A stretch of 64,000 nt of DNA, taken from assembly GCA_964016885.1 (NCBI GenBank), contig OZ024743.1, forward strand, positions 102,548,001 to 102,612,000. Direction: 5' to 3'. Below the pieces are notes generated by a model. That model was given only the letters and a program-made list of their open reading frames with translations. It had not been told where the DNA came from and did not search any database. The position numbers and the translations under genes were made by a program. This document shows, one piece after another, positions 12,517-29,781 of this stretch (position 1 is the first letter of the stretch; every line of letters starts with the position of its first letter). The DNA is from Eledone cirrhosa. Its lineage: Eukaryota.

Positions 12517-15500
12517 TCATCTTTCAACAAAATGCTGGGAAGGGAGCACTTCCCTCTCTACTCTGATTTTCCTTTTCAAATGAAATTTGAAAAAGTCAAT
12601 CAGGGCATCACCGAAGAGGTAAGTGCTCGTCTTCAGCCCTTTCAAACGTGTCCACCATACTATCTCTTTCGCCATGGCCACCAGACAGATAAAAACTGCC
12701 TGCCCTTCTCGGCTAAAGGAAGAGGGCGGGGAAATCCTCACGATGGACTCAGATGATAGCCGGATCCGTCCTACACGCGACAGCAGGTGTTCGACATAAA
12801 CCCACAAGTCAGCAATGCTCGGACACTGGACGAGTGCGTGCAGGACGGTTTCGTCGCCCTGCGCGCATCTCGGACATGCCCGGCTGACGGCACCTCCATG
12901 CCTGTAGAGTTTATGCCGAACTGGCTAGGCTCCTCGGTAGCACTGCCAGGCCAGAGATTTCTGGAAGTTGTCCATAGGTCCCGTCCCGAAAGTTCTTCCG
13001 AAGAGATTGGCTAGTTGATTTTCGTCGACGCCTAGAGTTTCCCCAAGTACGTCGTCGCTCTTCCCCTCCACTAATCCTCTATAGAACGCCGAGGTGGAGT
13101 TTCCACCGATCACATTGCCCGATTGGTCGAGGGCTGTGAGCGCCTGAAGACATTCCAGTCTCCAGGCACTCCCTCTCGGTCTTCGCTTGACCCAGGACTG
13201 CAGCTCCGTCAAGAAAACGAGCTGGGGAAATACGTGTCTAGCAAACGGCGACCACACCTTATCACCGTCGAGGAAGAGGTGGAGATGTCGTAGCCTGAGC
13301 GCGTGTCTGCGCATCATCAGCCACGGCATTCCCAGCCCACCACGTAGCGGGTGTTGACAGCAGATGGACCGCTTGACCATCGGAGCGCGTCCCTTCCACA
13401 AAAAGCGAAAGAGCAAACGCTCCAGCGCAGTCAGGCAGGGCTTAGGACAAGGTACGACGGTCAGGCAGTAGCAGATGACAGACGCGATGTCCACGTTAGC
13501 CACCTCCGCTCGACCTTTCACGGATAGCTTCCTCTCCGCCCATATCTGGGTGAGAGAAGCCACCCTGCTCGTCACCTCGTCCCAGTTTTTGTCCGTCTGG
13601 AGGTCCGGACCGAACCAGACCCCTAGCAATTTAACCGGTCCGTCCGTCCAGTGTCCGACGACGCTGTGGGACGGCATGGACCTGCCTCTCCAGGTGCCGA
13701 GCTGCAGGCCCACCGACTTTTCTTGCTTGATCATTGCTCCTGTCACTGCTTCGTATTCTCTTAGTGTAGTGCCGATCGCCTTGATGTGTTTGGCGTTCGA
13801 CACCACTACGGTGACATCCTCCGCATATGCTGACACGGATCTTCCGCATCCTAGTTCGCGCGGGACGCTCCTCAACGTCTCCAGTTTGTGCAGTAATGGC
13901 TCGAGAGTCAATACGTACAAGGGGGACGAGAGGGGACATCCTTGGCGGACCGTGCGCATGATGTTGAACGGTTCCGAAAGGTGACCGTTCACTCTCACCA
14001 CAGAGCAGATGTCGCTGTGCATGGCAGCGATCCAGCCTCTGAAGACGGGCCCAAAGCCAGCCGCCCTCAGGACTGCCGCTAGGTAACGATGGTCGACCCT
14101 ATCGAAAGTTTTCGACTGATCTAAATTGATCAAGGAGCCACCCGTGCCAGGTTCCCTAGCTACCCTCTCTACGATGTATCGCATGATGTGGAGGTTGTCG
14201 TGGATGGATCTGTCGGGAATGGCGCATGTCTGCGCCTCTCCCACTCCACCAGACCACCAACGACAAGCGCCAACCTCTTTGCTAGCACATTGGCCAAAAT
14301 CTTGAACTCTGTGTTTAGCAGGGTTATGGGCCTGAAATTATCTATGTTATACCCCTTGTTCGGATCCTTTCTCAGCAGTGCCATCGCTCCTCGGCTCACA
14401 GAACTGGGAATACTCCTGTTCTGTTGCCAGTTGCAGTAGACGTCCGCCAAGAGTCCTCCGAACAAGTCTGGCATCTGTACGTAAAGTTTATAGGGCAGAC
14501 CATCCAAACCAGGCGATTTACCCCTTGTGCAGCCAGTCATTGCCTCCCTTACTTCAGCGGCTGTTATCGGCTTTTCGCAACACTCCGCCTCAGTGGCCGA
14601 GAGCCGCGGCAGTCCGACGAGGTAGACACTAAAGTCCATTCTTCGTCCCGGCCCACCACTGCCCCCGAACAGCTGAGCGAAGTGTCGCTGAAAAGCTTCA
14701 CACATTTTCCCGGGATCGAGTAGCATGCGCCCATCGTGGTCCACCAAAGACCGGATCGTGGCTTTGTTGCCACGACGCGCCTCCGCCACTCGGGCCCATT
14801 GAACGGCTTTCGTCCCCTCGTGTCTGAGAGCACGCACCCGAGCTCTGACAACGCAGCCTTCGTGCTTTGCATTGAAGAATTGGTCAAGGGCCAATTTCGC
14901 CGCAAGCACGTCGGTCGCAATGCCTTTGCTAAGCGCCTCGTCTAATTTTCTAACTAGTTCTCCCTCTGCTCTATTTTTCTCTATTGCTAAAGCCTTACTA
15001 AACCTAATGGATTCTATTCTAATCGCTCTTTTCAGAGCAAACCACCACTTGTTGTTGACGATGGCCTATCTAAGTGAAGCACACAGATCACGAATTTGTG
15101 GTCCGTGTAGCTGACTATCTTGAATTGTGGACAGCGTATGCTAGACCTATCTATTTCCCTACAAAATACTCTATCTAGATATGATCTAGATGACCCTATG
15201 CGATTTGTCCAGGTCCACATTGGCACATTCGGGAAATCCAATCGGTACCTGTCAGACAGTTCAAAACGCCTGAGCAGGTTGGTGAGGCTCTTGCACTTAC
15301 CACCCTTATCCGCTAATCCCACACAGTCCCAGCGTGCATCTAAGATCCAGTTCCAGTCACCCACTAACACTAAAGAGCGGAACGTTCCAAGAAAGGTCTC
15401 CAGACACTGGAAGAAATCAGGCCACCCGGCTCCTGTCGGAGCATAGACGGCCACTAGCCTGAAAGCTTGCCCGTCTCCGCTGGTCACGTCAAGCACCACC

Positions 15501-15600
15501 AACTTACCGTCTGGGTCGAGGAAGATGGCCCGTATGGCGAGATCCAAACCTCTCCGAAAAAGCACAGCAACTCATCCCCCCGATCCAGGACGGCTGGGAG
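12517..15600 (-). pseudogene. Tx1 ORF2 (APE endonuclease + reverse transcriptase), disrupted
   Basis: VYAP, GDWN, SYLDR, TDH (APE). KSPGLDGLP, FRPITLLN, LDQSKTFDRV, VRQGCPLS, AYAED (RT). Spread over four reading frames. Confidence 0.9.
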
Positions 15601-16856
15601 ATGCGTACACATCGTAGCCGCCGAAGATCGGTGCGAAGGCCCGTGCTTCGGAGATTCTGGTCTCGTATGGGTGCCACGGACCTATCGTTCTTGGTTGCCG
15701 CTTGTCCTGTTGCTGATAGCCGTGGAGCCGGTTTCGGAAGGAAGGGGGTTTTCTCCTTTCTCATGGTCTTCTCGTTGCAGAAGGCCCTGAGGTGAGTCTT
15801 CGATCCACAGCGAAAGCATTTCGGGCGTTTGCCCTCAACACTTATGGGCAGTTGAGTGCCGTTATCGAAATCTATCACATCCGGGATAGCTTCGATGCAC
15901 TCCTGGTTGGTTTGGATTAACATCCCAATGGAGGTTCCGAACCAATCTTCTCTTACTTTTTCTGTACTTGCAGTAAAGTTGTTTTGTCCTCGATTCCGAC
16001 GAGGACAGACGCGGCCAGCCAAGAAGGGGCCATCCCGGGGGGGGACGTGCGTCAGTTTGACCCTCACAATTGTTTGCCCGCAGTAGGAGGGCACCAACAC
16101 CATTTCCTCGATTCTTAGGGTCACTAAGGATTGAGCCTTTGCCTCCTGGGGTGTGGCAAAAAGCTCGTCTATGGTGGCATATTTTTTGCCTCGGGTGATG
16201 TGCGTTTCCCGCTGCCAGGCTTTTTGTATTTGAGCCTCTGTGGCTCTTTCAACCCTACGGGATTTTGTGCTTAATGTACGGTACGTGACCGTACAGTGCT
16301 GTTGGGTTTCGAAAAATGTTTCGGCTGCCTTGCAGATTGCTCGGTGTCCGGTTTTCGTCACCATCTTCTTCGCTTCCTCTAATTCATCATTTGTTATGAG
16401 GATGGTTTCCAGGTTCTTTGCGATACCTGCAAACGAGATTGGTTTTTCTTTGCTGCTGTTGATGTTGTTGTTGTTGTCGTCAGAGCTGCTGTTACTTTTG
16501 TTGTTGCTGCAGATACTACGACTACTGCCGCCGCCGCTGTTGCTGTGGTTGTTGTTGTTGTTGCTGCTGCTGCTGCTGTTGTTGTTGCTGTTGCTGCTAA
16601 TGTTGTTGTTGTTTGTGCTGCTGCTGGTGATGCTGCGGATGCTACTGTTATTTTCCTTGTCACTGTTGCTGCTGCTGCTGTTATTACGGCTGCTACTGCT
16701 ATTATTCCTGACGTTAGACGAATGAAATGGGTTTTCGTATTTCCCGCACACCTTTTTCGTCGTTGTCGTCGTCGTCGTGGAGAAATCTTGCACGCTTTGC
16801 ACGTGATTTTTCTTTTCTGGCGTCGCTTGCGAAAGAGAAGGCAGGGAGAGAGACAC
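15504..16856 (-). CDS. Tx1 ORF1 gag-like protein (boundaries blurred by frameshifts)
   Basis: PISVEGKRPKCFRCGSKTHLRAFC (CX2CX4HX4C). Poly-Ser/Asn low-complexity N-terminal tract. Confidence 0.75.
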   Translation of the reverse strand: MSLSLPSLSQATPEKKNHVQSVQDFSTTTTTTTKKVCGKYENPFHSSNVRNNSSSSRNNSSSSNSDKENNSSIRSITSSSTNNNNISSNSNNNSSSSSNNNNNHSNSGGGSSRSICSNNKSNSSSDDNNNNINSSKEKPISFAGIAKNLETILITNDELEEAKKMVTKTGHRAICKAAETFFETQQHCTVTYRTLSTKSRRVERATEAQIQKAWQRETHITRGKKYATIDELFATPQEAKAQSLVTLRIEEMVLVPSYCGQTIVRVKLTHVPPRDGPFLAGRVCPRRNRGQNNFTASTEKVREDWFGTSIGMLIQTNQECIEAIPDVIDFDNGTQLPISVEGKRPKCFRCGSKTHLRAFCNEKTMRKEKTPFLPKPAPRLSATGQAATKNDRSVAPIRDQNLRSTGLRTDLRRLRCVRISQPSWIGGMSCCAFSERFGSRHTGHLPRPRR

Positions 16857-17183
16857 ATTTAGAGAAGGGAGAGAGAGAGACTATCTTCTCTCTGCTGTAG
16901 TGACGATTGAGGAAGAAGAATACGGAATGATTGGGAGTGACCTATGAAAATTCTTTTTCGTAGCCATCTTGTTTTTTTTGTTTAAAATAAATATTGGGCA
17001 CAAAACCCCAATAAGCGGTTATTTAACCCCGAAGGGCCAAATAACGGGCAGAAAGACCCCTCTCACGAGGAGGAGGGTGTTTTTGTCTACAAGTTGGTTT
17101 AAGTTTTGAACAATTTACAATTGTTATAGCGGTCAAAATTTACAATACCTGACAGAGCCGAGCCTCCGTCAACCATAGCATTC

Positions 17184-17223
<40 letters not shown>

Positions 17224-18932
17224 GTTGAGCAAAATTATGAAGTCCTGTGAAACAGAGTTAAGATCGGGTGGAAAATCCTTGGGAGGCGTGAAGATCAAGA
17301 GAGGTACCTTCGAGGGAGATAGTTTGTCCCCTCTGCTGTTTGTCCTTGCCCTGATACCACTGACCATTATATTGCGAAAAGTGAGAGCAGGATACAAGTT
17401 GGGAAAAGGAGAGCTTATCATCAACCACCTCCTCTTCATGGATGATCTTAAACTCTTTGGGAAGAAATGAGAAGGATTTGGATGTACTTGTTGACACTGT
17501 CCATATTTTCAGCAATGATATATGTATGGAATTTGGTATTAATAAATGTGGAGTCCTAGTGATGAAGAGGGGTAAATCGAGCAGAAGCAACGGAATCCAG
17601 GTACCAACAGGTGAGATGATAAAGGAAATTGACACCAAAGAAGGATACAAATATTTAGGTGTTCTGGGGGCTGATGACATCAAGAACAAAAGAATGAAGC
17701 AATTGATAAGATCTGAGTACATTAGGAGTGTAAGAAGCGTATTAAGATCACATCTAAATAGTAGGAATCTCATAAGTGCAGTAAATTCCCGAGCTGTGTC
17801 TATTATTAGGTACACTGCGGGAATTCTGAAATGGGATGTTGCTGAACAAAAAGAAATGGATAGGAAGAGTAGGAAGCTATTGACTATCTACAACATGTTC
17901 CACAAGAGAAGTCATGTCGATAGATTCTACTTAAAGAGATCTGAAGGTGGAAGAGGTATTATCAGATGGGGAACAACAACCTACACAAATACGTGACTGA
18001 CAGTAGGGAGCCAGTGCTCAGAATTGTACTGAAGGAGAGGACAATAGACCAGGGGATGTCCAAGGAGGAAATAACAACAAGGAGGAAGAGCAATCTTCAT
18101 GAAAAATCCCTTCGTAGTACCTCCTTTGAGAAAACTGAATTTAGAGATCCACAGACATGGAACTAGTTGAAAAGAGGAGACCTTAAAAAGGCTACAGAAT
18201 GAATGCTAATGGCTGCGCAAGAGCAGGCCCTCGAAACGAAGTGGCTGAAACACCATATTTACAAAGAGGAGGCTAGTCCACTGTGTAGGATCTGTGGAGA
18301 GAGAGAGGAGACTGTGGCTCACATTGTATCCGAGTGTAAAGACCTAGCCCAGACTCACTATAAAGGCTGGAGACATGATGTAATGGGCAGGGTGATCCAC
18401 TGGCACTTATGCAAAGTAAACTATTTACCACATTCTGAGAAGTGGTATGAGCATAAGGCAGAGTCGGTGATAGAAAACGATCTGGTGAAGGTGCTGTGGG
18501 ATTTTAGGATACAGACGGACAAGAAACTGGAACACAATAGACCTGATCTGGTGGTTTTGGACAAGGAAAAAAGATCGTGCCTGATTGTAGATGTAGCCTG
18601 CCCATTCGACACGAGAGTGCAAGAGAAGGGGAGGGAGAACATTAACCGATACCAGGACTTAAATTAGGAGGTAAAACGGATTGGAACTGCCATGAAGTCA
18701 AAGTGGTTCCGATTATCATAGGCGCACTACGAACTATCTCAAAGAGTTTCCAAGGATGGTTAAAGAAAATTAGTCCAGCCCCGCTTTTTGGAACACTTCA
18801 AAAGGCATGCTTGCTGGTAACAGCAAAAACCCTCCGATACGTCCTGAATATCTGAGACTGCAGGTAGTGGCTTGATATTCATTTCAACAAACTTTCCAGT
18901 TAAATAACATCAATGACTGAGACTAAAAGAAC
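17224..18932 (+). mobile_element. 5'-truncated R4/Dong-like LINE (RT + CCHC + restriction-like endonuclease), disrupted
   Basis: GDSLSPLLF, HLLFMDDLKL, YKYLG, CRICGEREETVAHIVSEC, RHD, RPDLVVLD..IVDVACP. (AAT)n on both sides. Confidence 0.9.
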
Positions 18933-18959
18933 AATAATAATAATAATAACAATAATGAT

Positions 18960-19185
18960 GATTTCTTTTTGGACACAAGTGCTGACATCAAGAAAAACAT
19001 TACAGACGGCACAGGATGGTACAGGACCGTAGGATGTGGGTTTTGTGCGTGTAAAGATTTTTATTATTTATATAAGAAACGAAAAAGAAAAAAAAGATAG
19101 AAACATATATATATATATAAACAATAAAAATGAAAATTCAAACAATGAAAAATTCCCAAATAGGGGGAAAACTCCTAGAATAATA
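18960..19185 (-). mobile_element. 3' UTR fragment of a Tx1-type LINE
   Basis: Similar to 12210-12375 (tacaggaccgta, aacaatgaaaaattc..aatagggg). Confidence 0.6.
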
Positions 19186-19470
19186 CTAGGACTTAAAGTG
19201 GGAGTTAAAAAGGATTTGGAACTGCCATGAGATCAAGGTCGTCCTCATTGTCATAGGCACACTAGGTACTATCTCTCAAAGAGTTTCCAAGGATGGTTAA
19301 AGAAGATTAGTCCAGCCCCGCTTTTTGGAACACTTCAAAAGGCATGCTTGCTGGGAACAGCAAGAACCCTCCAATACGTCCTGAATATCTGAGGCTGCAG
19401 GGCGTGGCTTGATATTCATTTCAACAAACTTTCCAGTTAAATAACATCAATGACTGAGCCTCAAAGAACA
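19186..19470 (+). mobile_element. 3' fragment of R4/Dong-like LINE
   Basis: Near-identical to 18652-18932. Ends aaagaac(aat)n. Confidence 0.85.
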
Positions 19471-19487
19471 ATAATAATAATAATAAT

Positions 19488-20482
19488 AATTGTTTCTACT
19501 TTAGGCACAAGGCCAGCAATTACCCAGTGCATTACTGGTACTTTATTTTATCGATCCCGTAAGGATGAAAGGCAAAGTTAACGTCGGCGGGATTTGAACT
19601 CAGAATGGCAAGGGCCATAACTCTATGCGTCAAAGCATGTCGTCTGACCCTCTACTGATAGTGCCAATACACCGCCTTTTCTTCAAATAATTGTTTCTAC
19701 TTTAGGCACAAGGCCAGCAATTACCCAATTGCATTACTGGTACTTTATTTTGTCGACCCTGTAAGGATGAAAGGCAAAGTCAACCTTGGCGGGATTTGAA
19801 CTCAGATCGTAAAGGGACGTAACTAATAATAATTGTTTCTACTTTAGGCACAAGGCCAGCAATTACCCAAATAATTGTTTCTACTTTAGGCACAAGGCCA
19901 GCAATTACCCAGTGCATTACTGGTACTTTATTTTATCGACCTCGTAAGGATGAAAGGCTAAGTCAACCTCGGTGGGATTTGAACTCAGATCGTAAAGGGA
20001 CGTAACTATGCTTCAAATCATGGCGTCCGACTCTCTACCGATACTGCCAATCTACCGCCCTTAATTACCCAAATAATAATAACCCATTACAATCGCTGTT
20101 TACATATTATTATTTGAGTCGGACGCCATGCTTTCCAGCATAGTTACGTCCCTTTACGATCTGAGTTCAAATCCCGCCGAGGTTAACTTTGCCTTTCTTC
20201 CTTACGGGGTCGATAAAATAAAAGTACCAGTAATGCACTGGGTAATTGCTGGCCTTGTGCCTAAAGTAGAAACAATTATTTGAATAAAAGGCGGTGTATT
20301 GGTACTATCAGTAGAGGGTCAGACGACATGCTTTGACGCATAGAGTTATGGCCCTTGCCATTCTGAGTTCAAATCCCGCCGACGTTAACTTTGCCTTTCA
20401 TCCTTACGGGGTCGATAAAATAAAGTACCAGTAATGCACTGGATAATTTTGGCCTTATGCCAAAAGTAGAAACAATTATTTG
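19488..20482. mobile_element. Cluster of six SINE copies: four on minus (19488-20062), two on plus (20118-20482)
   Basis: Repeated SINE core and tail in both orientations, forming a ~1-kb inverted repeat. Confidence 0.9.
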
Positions 20483-20836
20483 AAGAAAAGAAACAGACAT
20501 AGAACAGAAAACACACTGTTTATTTCGGGGGATAAGTTCTGTTTAATAAAATATCCGGTTAATTATTATACAAGCATCTCTGTGGTGAAGATGTGAAAGG
20601 TGCATATATATGTTTAAATATTTCCCCAATACAATTTTCTTTTTATACATTTTGGTCGATTGTGGGTAAATTTCAGATTTTGAAAGGAAAATGGACAGTT
20701 GAAAGATCACTTCTCTCTCCCACCACCACATTCACAACCACTTCCTCACACATTCACACCAGTAAATCCCCAATCTATTTGTAGACTACTGTCACTGACT
20801 GGTACCTACCTCCCTTCTCAGTGTCTAATGTGTGGG

Positions 20837-20871
<35 letters not shown>

Positions 20872-21816
20872 ATAAACATACGCGTGTATAAGTATGCACG
20901 TGTGAATGTATATTTATGTATGTGTATGGGGCCCACATAAAGGACAAAACAAAGAAGAAAAAGGAATACTAGCACCCCATTTACACCTCAAACTCAAAAT
21001 AGAGAGAAAATAACATCAGAGAAGCAACTCCTATAAGCTACAATGTCACCCTACCCACTACCAATCCCAGCACCCCCACCCCCACCATTAATCTCCCTGC
21101 CACCACCACCAACACCACTCACACCACAAGAACAGTTGAGAAAATTCTCGTACACCTCTTACAGCTGCAACCATTACAATATCACCTCAATCAACAAAAG
21201 CAATGACCATAACTATGCTGTTATAGTAATAATGATCTCAGTACTAGCCAGCAAACGCACTACCCAAAGAGACGGGCAACTTTCCGTGTACGTCCAATAC
21301 CATGCGTAACGCAAGCATGTACTGCAAGATGAACAAATAAAAATGAATACACAATACCAAACCGCTTTACCTATGGTTAATCAGGAATCGCGTCCCTCAG
21401 GAATGTGCCACCTGAGATCGAAAAGTCCTCCTCTGGCACAAATTATGGACCTGGATGGTCACTTGATCGGGGATTGACACAGCTCGAGCCCTCCAGATCC
21501 ACCACCCAAACCACCTCATAAAGAAAAATGTAAAAGGATGAAATGGACCCGGAATAGTATAAAGAAGTAATATATGCATATTACTATGCATTAGGCAAGC
21601 CATCACAAGACAAACACACTTTAAACTCCATAATAATAATAATAAAAAGGGGAAGAAAAATTAATTTTCACATACATGTTCATTCAGAGAAGAGAGTTCA
21701 TTTCTCTGTCCATCCATCTCTGTTAATAGCCATTATTATTATTATTAAATAATAATAATAATGAACCGATAAGGTCTGGTTGCTTGGGTATGTCAACATA
21801 TATAAAACAAATTTTG

Positions 21817-21877
21817 TATTTTATCTGATGAGCGCGTACCAAAATGTTGGTACTCTTGAAATGTATATAATAAAATA
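21817..21877 (+). ncRNA. Type I hammerhead ribozyme (family A) inside a Penelope pLTR fragment (~21765-22010)
   Basis: tattttat-CTGATGA-gcgc gtaccaa aatg ttggtac tctt-GAAA-tgtata-TA-ataaaata. 8-bp helix I. A 3'-half-only copy is at ~22272-22345. Confidence 0.8.
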
Positions 21878-22354
21878 AATATGGTTTTATAAATATAGTT
21901 TCTATTTATTAATATCATTGATATTATACACCAGAAAACTGTAGAGTGCTTCGAATCTGTTATAAATAAATTTGTTGAATAACCAACAAATTAAATATCT
22001 CTTTGGTTATATATATATATAAACAAATAGTAGAAAGGAAAAATATTTTTTTAGTAGAAAATGTTGAAGAGATTTTTTTCAGTGAAATATCAAAATATTA
22101 ATTTATTTACAATACCGGTTTCAGCAGCATTATATGCACTATCAGAAAAACCACCCTTCGGGTGGTTTTCTGCTAGCATGTGTAGTGTATATATTGGTAT
22201 TAGCCTCGCCATCACCCAAAAGTAACACTGCCAGTGTGTTGGGTTCTCTCAAAAATCATTGTTTATGAACATTTTGGTACCCTTGAAATATATATAATAA
22301 AATAAATATGGTTTTATAAATATATTTTCCATTTATTAATATCATATATATATA

Positions 22355-27200
<4,846 letters not shown>

Positions 27201-28636
27201 TCTCCCACACCACAATGTTCGACTGATCACGTTGACTGACTATGCATGTATGTATGTATGTACGTGATTTTGGATGGCCATTGACTCTTAAGAGTTCCTT
27301 TGCTCTTTGACAGGTTTTGTTTTTAGTCCTGCAGGATGTCCAAAGTCACCCTCCTCACCAAGAAACCTTGGTGGGGTTGCCAGTTTAGTCGCCAACGACC
27401 CGACCATGAGACAGGTTGTACTGGGATACAGCTTACCAGTAGCACCAGCCGGTGACTTGAGAGATGACCCCTCAGCCTTTGTCAATGCAGAAATCTAAGA
27501 GAAGGAAAACTCTGATATAACACCTGCAACCCTGATGGTATCCAATGATGTTGACTTGTTCTTCTTTTTGGTAAATAGCATTTTGGTTAAAAGAGTGGGC
27601 CTGGCTTTGTGCAGTGCCTTTGCTCACTATAAAAGCTTCACGGCACAGGCATTGCTTTATATCTTGAGATCTCTCTGCACTTGTCGTCACATGGTACCAT
27701 GGGCCCAGCACTATGTGTCAATAATTGTCACAAGTGTAGTGTTTGTACCAGAGTTTTCAAGTCGCTGGCTGGAGTAAAAAGTCACACTCGTTGAGCGCAT
27801 CGGTAAGGGTTCTCCTACATGGATATAAAGTAGTGGCCGTACTCGAAAACGAGTTGGCAGCCACCATGTATGTACGTATGTATGTATGTATGTATGTATG
27901 TATGTATGTATGTATGTATGTATGTATGTATGTTTATGCGTGTGTGTATGCATGTTCGTGCGTACGCTTATTGCAAAGAATATGTCATTATTGGAGGTAC
28001 AGAGGTCGATAAAATAAAGTACCAGTAATGTACTGGTAATTGCTGTCCTTGTGCCAAAAGTAGAAACAATTATTGGAGGTACAGAATTTTAAAAATAAAA
28101 GTAGAGATGCGTTTATTGAACATACTACGACATTTTGCATTATCCCAGTGATAAAAGATATAAAACCTATGAACAACGCTTCTGTTAACATAGAACGCAT
28201 TGCCGAATATATAACTATTCCCTTTTGAATTCATGTAATCAATTTTTTATCATGGATGTTATAAACGCTTCTGGATTAATGTGTCAGCATCTGCGTGAAC
28301 TTTGAATATATATATAGAGAAAGAATCAATATTTCAGGAAGCACTACATGGATACCTTGAAGTCGTATAGTTTCCATTTCATCTCCGTCGGATGAGTGTC
28401 AAATCGAATTTCATTCAATATCCCTGATTTAAATCATAACCAGAGAAGTACTTTCAACTTATATATTTCGTTCTCTGCTCGTTTTCGGTGGGTTTTAACA
28501 AAATATTGTTGTTGTTATTGTTGAAAATGGACGCAGCGTCACAGAATTGTTAAGAGGTTTGCTTATCAATCCCACTCTCTAGCATCTTGGGTAAGTGCCA
28601 TTTATCCTAGACTTGGTTCGAATCAGGCCTTGTGAT

Positions 28637-29232
28637 ACGTACATACACATATGTATACAGACGTACAGTAGTATGTATATATATACATACATGCACACAT
28701 ATATATATGTACGTATGGATTTACCGAACATTTATTACAGTACAGTAATATGTATATATATACATACTACTGTACGTCTGTATACATATGTGTATGTACG
28801 TATACATACTTATATTTAAGTAACAGCTGTACTAAGAGTGAGAAATGAAATTTCGTTTCATTTTTTTCGTTTATCGTTTTCGGTACACCCGGCCGACTAT
28901 ATGCAAATTAGGCTGCTCAGTCGTTAATATGCATAAGGAAAGTATATACTTTCAGACGGTCAATCATCTGGCAGGAAGGTATAGGGTGCTGACGATAGCT
29001 AATAAGCTTGAAACTAGTACATCGTTCCTTTGTCAGTGTTGAACAAAAGGGCAACGATTTCTGCTAAACACTGTACGGCTTAATTCGGGATGTTTGCTTA
29101 CAAACACACCGAGCATTATAATAAATGTTCAATAAATCCATACGTACATATATACATATATGTGTGCATGTATGTATATATATATATATACTACTGTACG
29201 TCTGTATACATATATGTATGTACGTATACATA

Positions 29233-29240
<8 letters not shown>
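28637..29240 (+). repeat. Family B ~440-bp unit with an inverted leading segment (28637-28740)
   Basis: Reverse complement of 1-544. Contains the HHR at 28983-29025. Confidence 0.85.
28983..29025 (+). ncRNA. Type I hammerhead ribozyme (family B)
   Basis: agggtg-CTGACGA-tagc taataa gctt-GAAA-ctag-TA-catcgt. Confidence 0.8.
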
Positions 29241-29287
<47 letters not shown>

Positions 29288-29591
29288 ATCGGTTGTATCG
29301 CGAGGGCGTGGCAGCAAATGTTTTCCGTATTTAATTATGACTTCCTATGTTTTCATTTCAAATACCACCGATGACAACTTTATCTTACCTCCTTCCGGTA
29401 TAGATAGGAAATGGACCTGTTAAGTACTATGGTCGATAAAATCGGGTTCTTCTTCCCCAAAATTGCTGGCCAATGTTAGAAAGAATTGTATAGCCTTGAG
29501 ATGGTGTATGAGTTATTAGAAATCAGGCAACTTTGAAGAAAAATTGGAATCACGCAAGTATTATAAATAGAAATAATTATTTGTATATTAA

Positions 29592-29781
29592 GGGCGGTGA
29601 ATTGTCAGTATCGGTAGAGGGTTGGACGCCATGCTTTCTAGCATAGTTACGTCCCTTTACGGTCTGAGTTCAAATCCCGTCGAGGTTACCTTTGCCTTTC
29701 ATCCTTATGGGGTCGATAAAATAAAGTACCAGTAATGTATTGGGTAATTGCTGGCCTTGTGCCAACAGTAGAAACAATTAT
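29592..29781 (+). mobile_element. Full-length tRNA-derived SINE
   Basis: gggcggtg head, A-box-like tgtcagtatcggtagag, B-box gagttcaaatccc, conserved core and tail. Confidence 0.88.

Larger units (their letters stand above)
12203..17183 (-). mobile_element. Near full-length Tx1/L1-type LINE, frameshifted
   Basis: ORF1 with zinc knuckle, APE endonuclease, RT, C-terminal CPRC..ETVLHALVQC. 3' AATAAA plus (AAT)n tail. Both ends lie in (AAT)n. Confidence 0.9.

Noticed and set aside
13475-14945. Plus-strand ORFs overlapping the Tx1 element
   Set aside because: Antisense shadows of the GC-rich RT frame.
17050-17085. ctcctcgt loop in the Tx1 5' UTR as an HDV-like L3
   Set aside because: It folds as a plain hairpin with no P1.1 or P2 partners.
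22020-22270. Minus-strand GAAA-ccgg-TA and a cUUCGg hairpin (related copy ~11740-11870); also a twister-like taacactgcc
   Set aside because: The CUGANGA strand is missing, so at most a dead 3' half. The rest of the twister consensus is absent.
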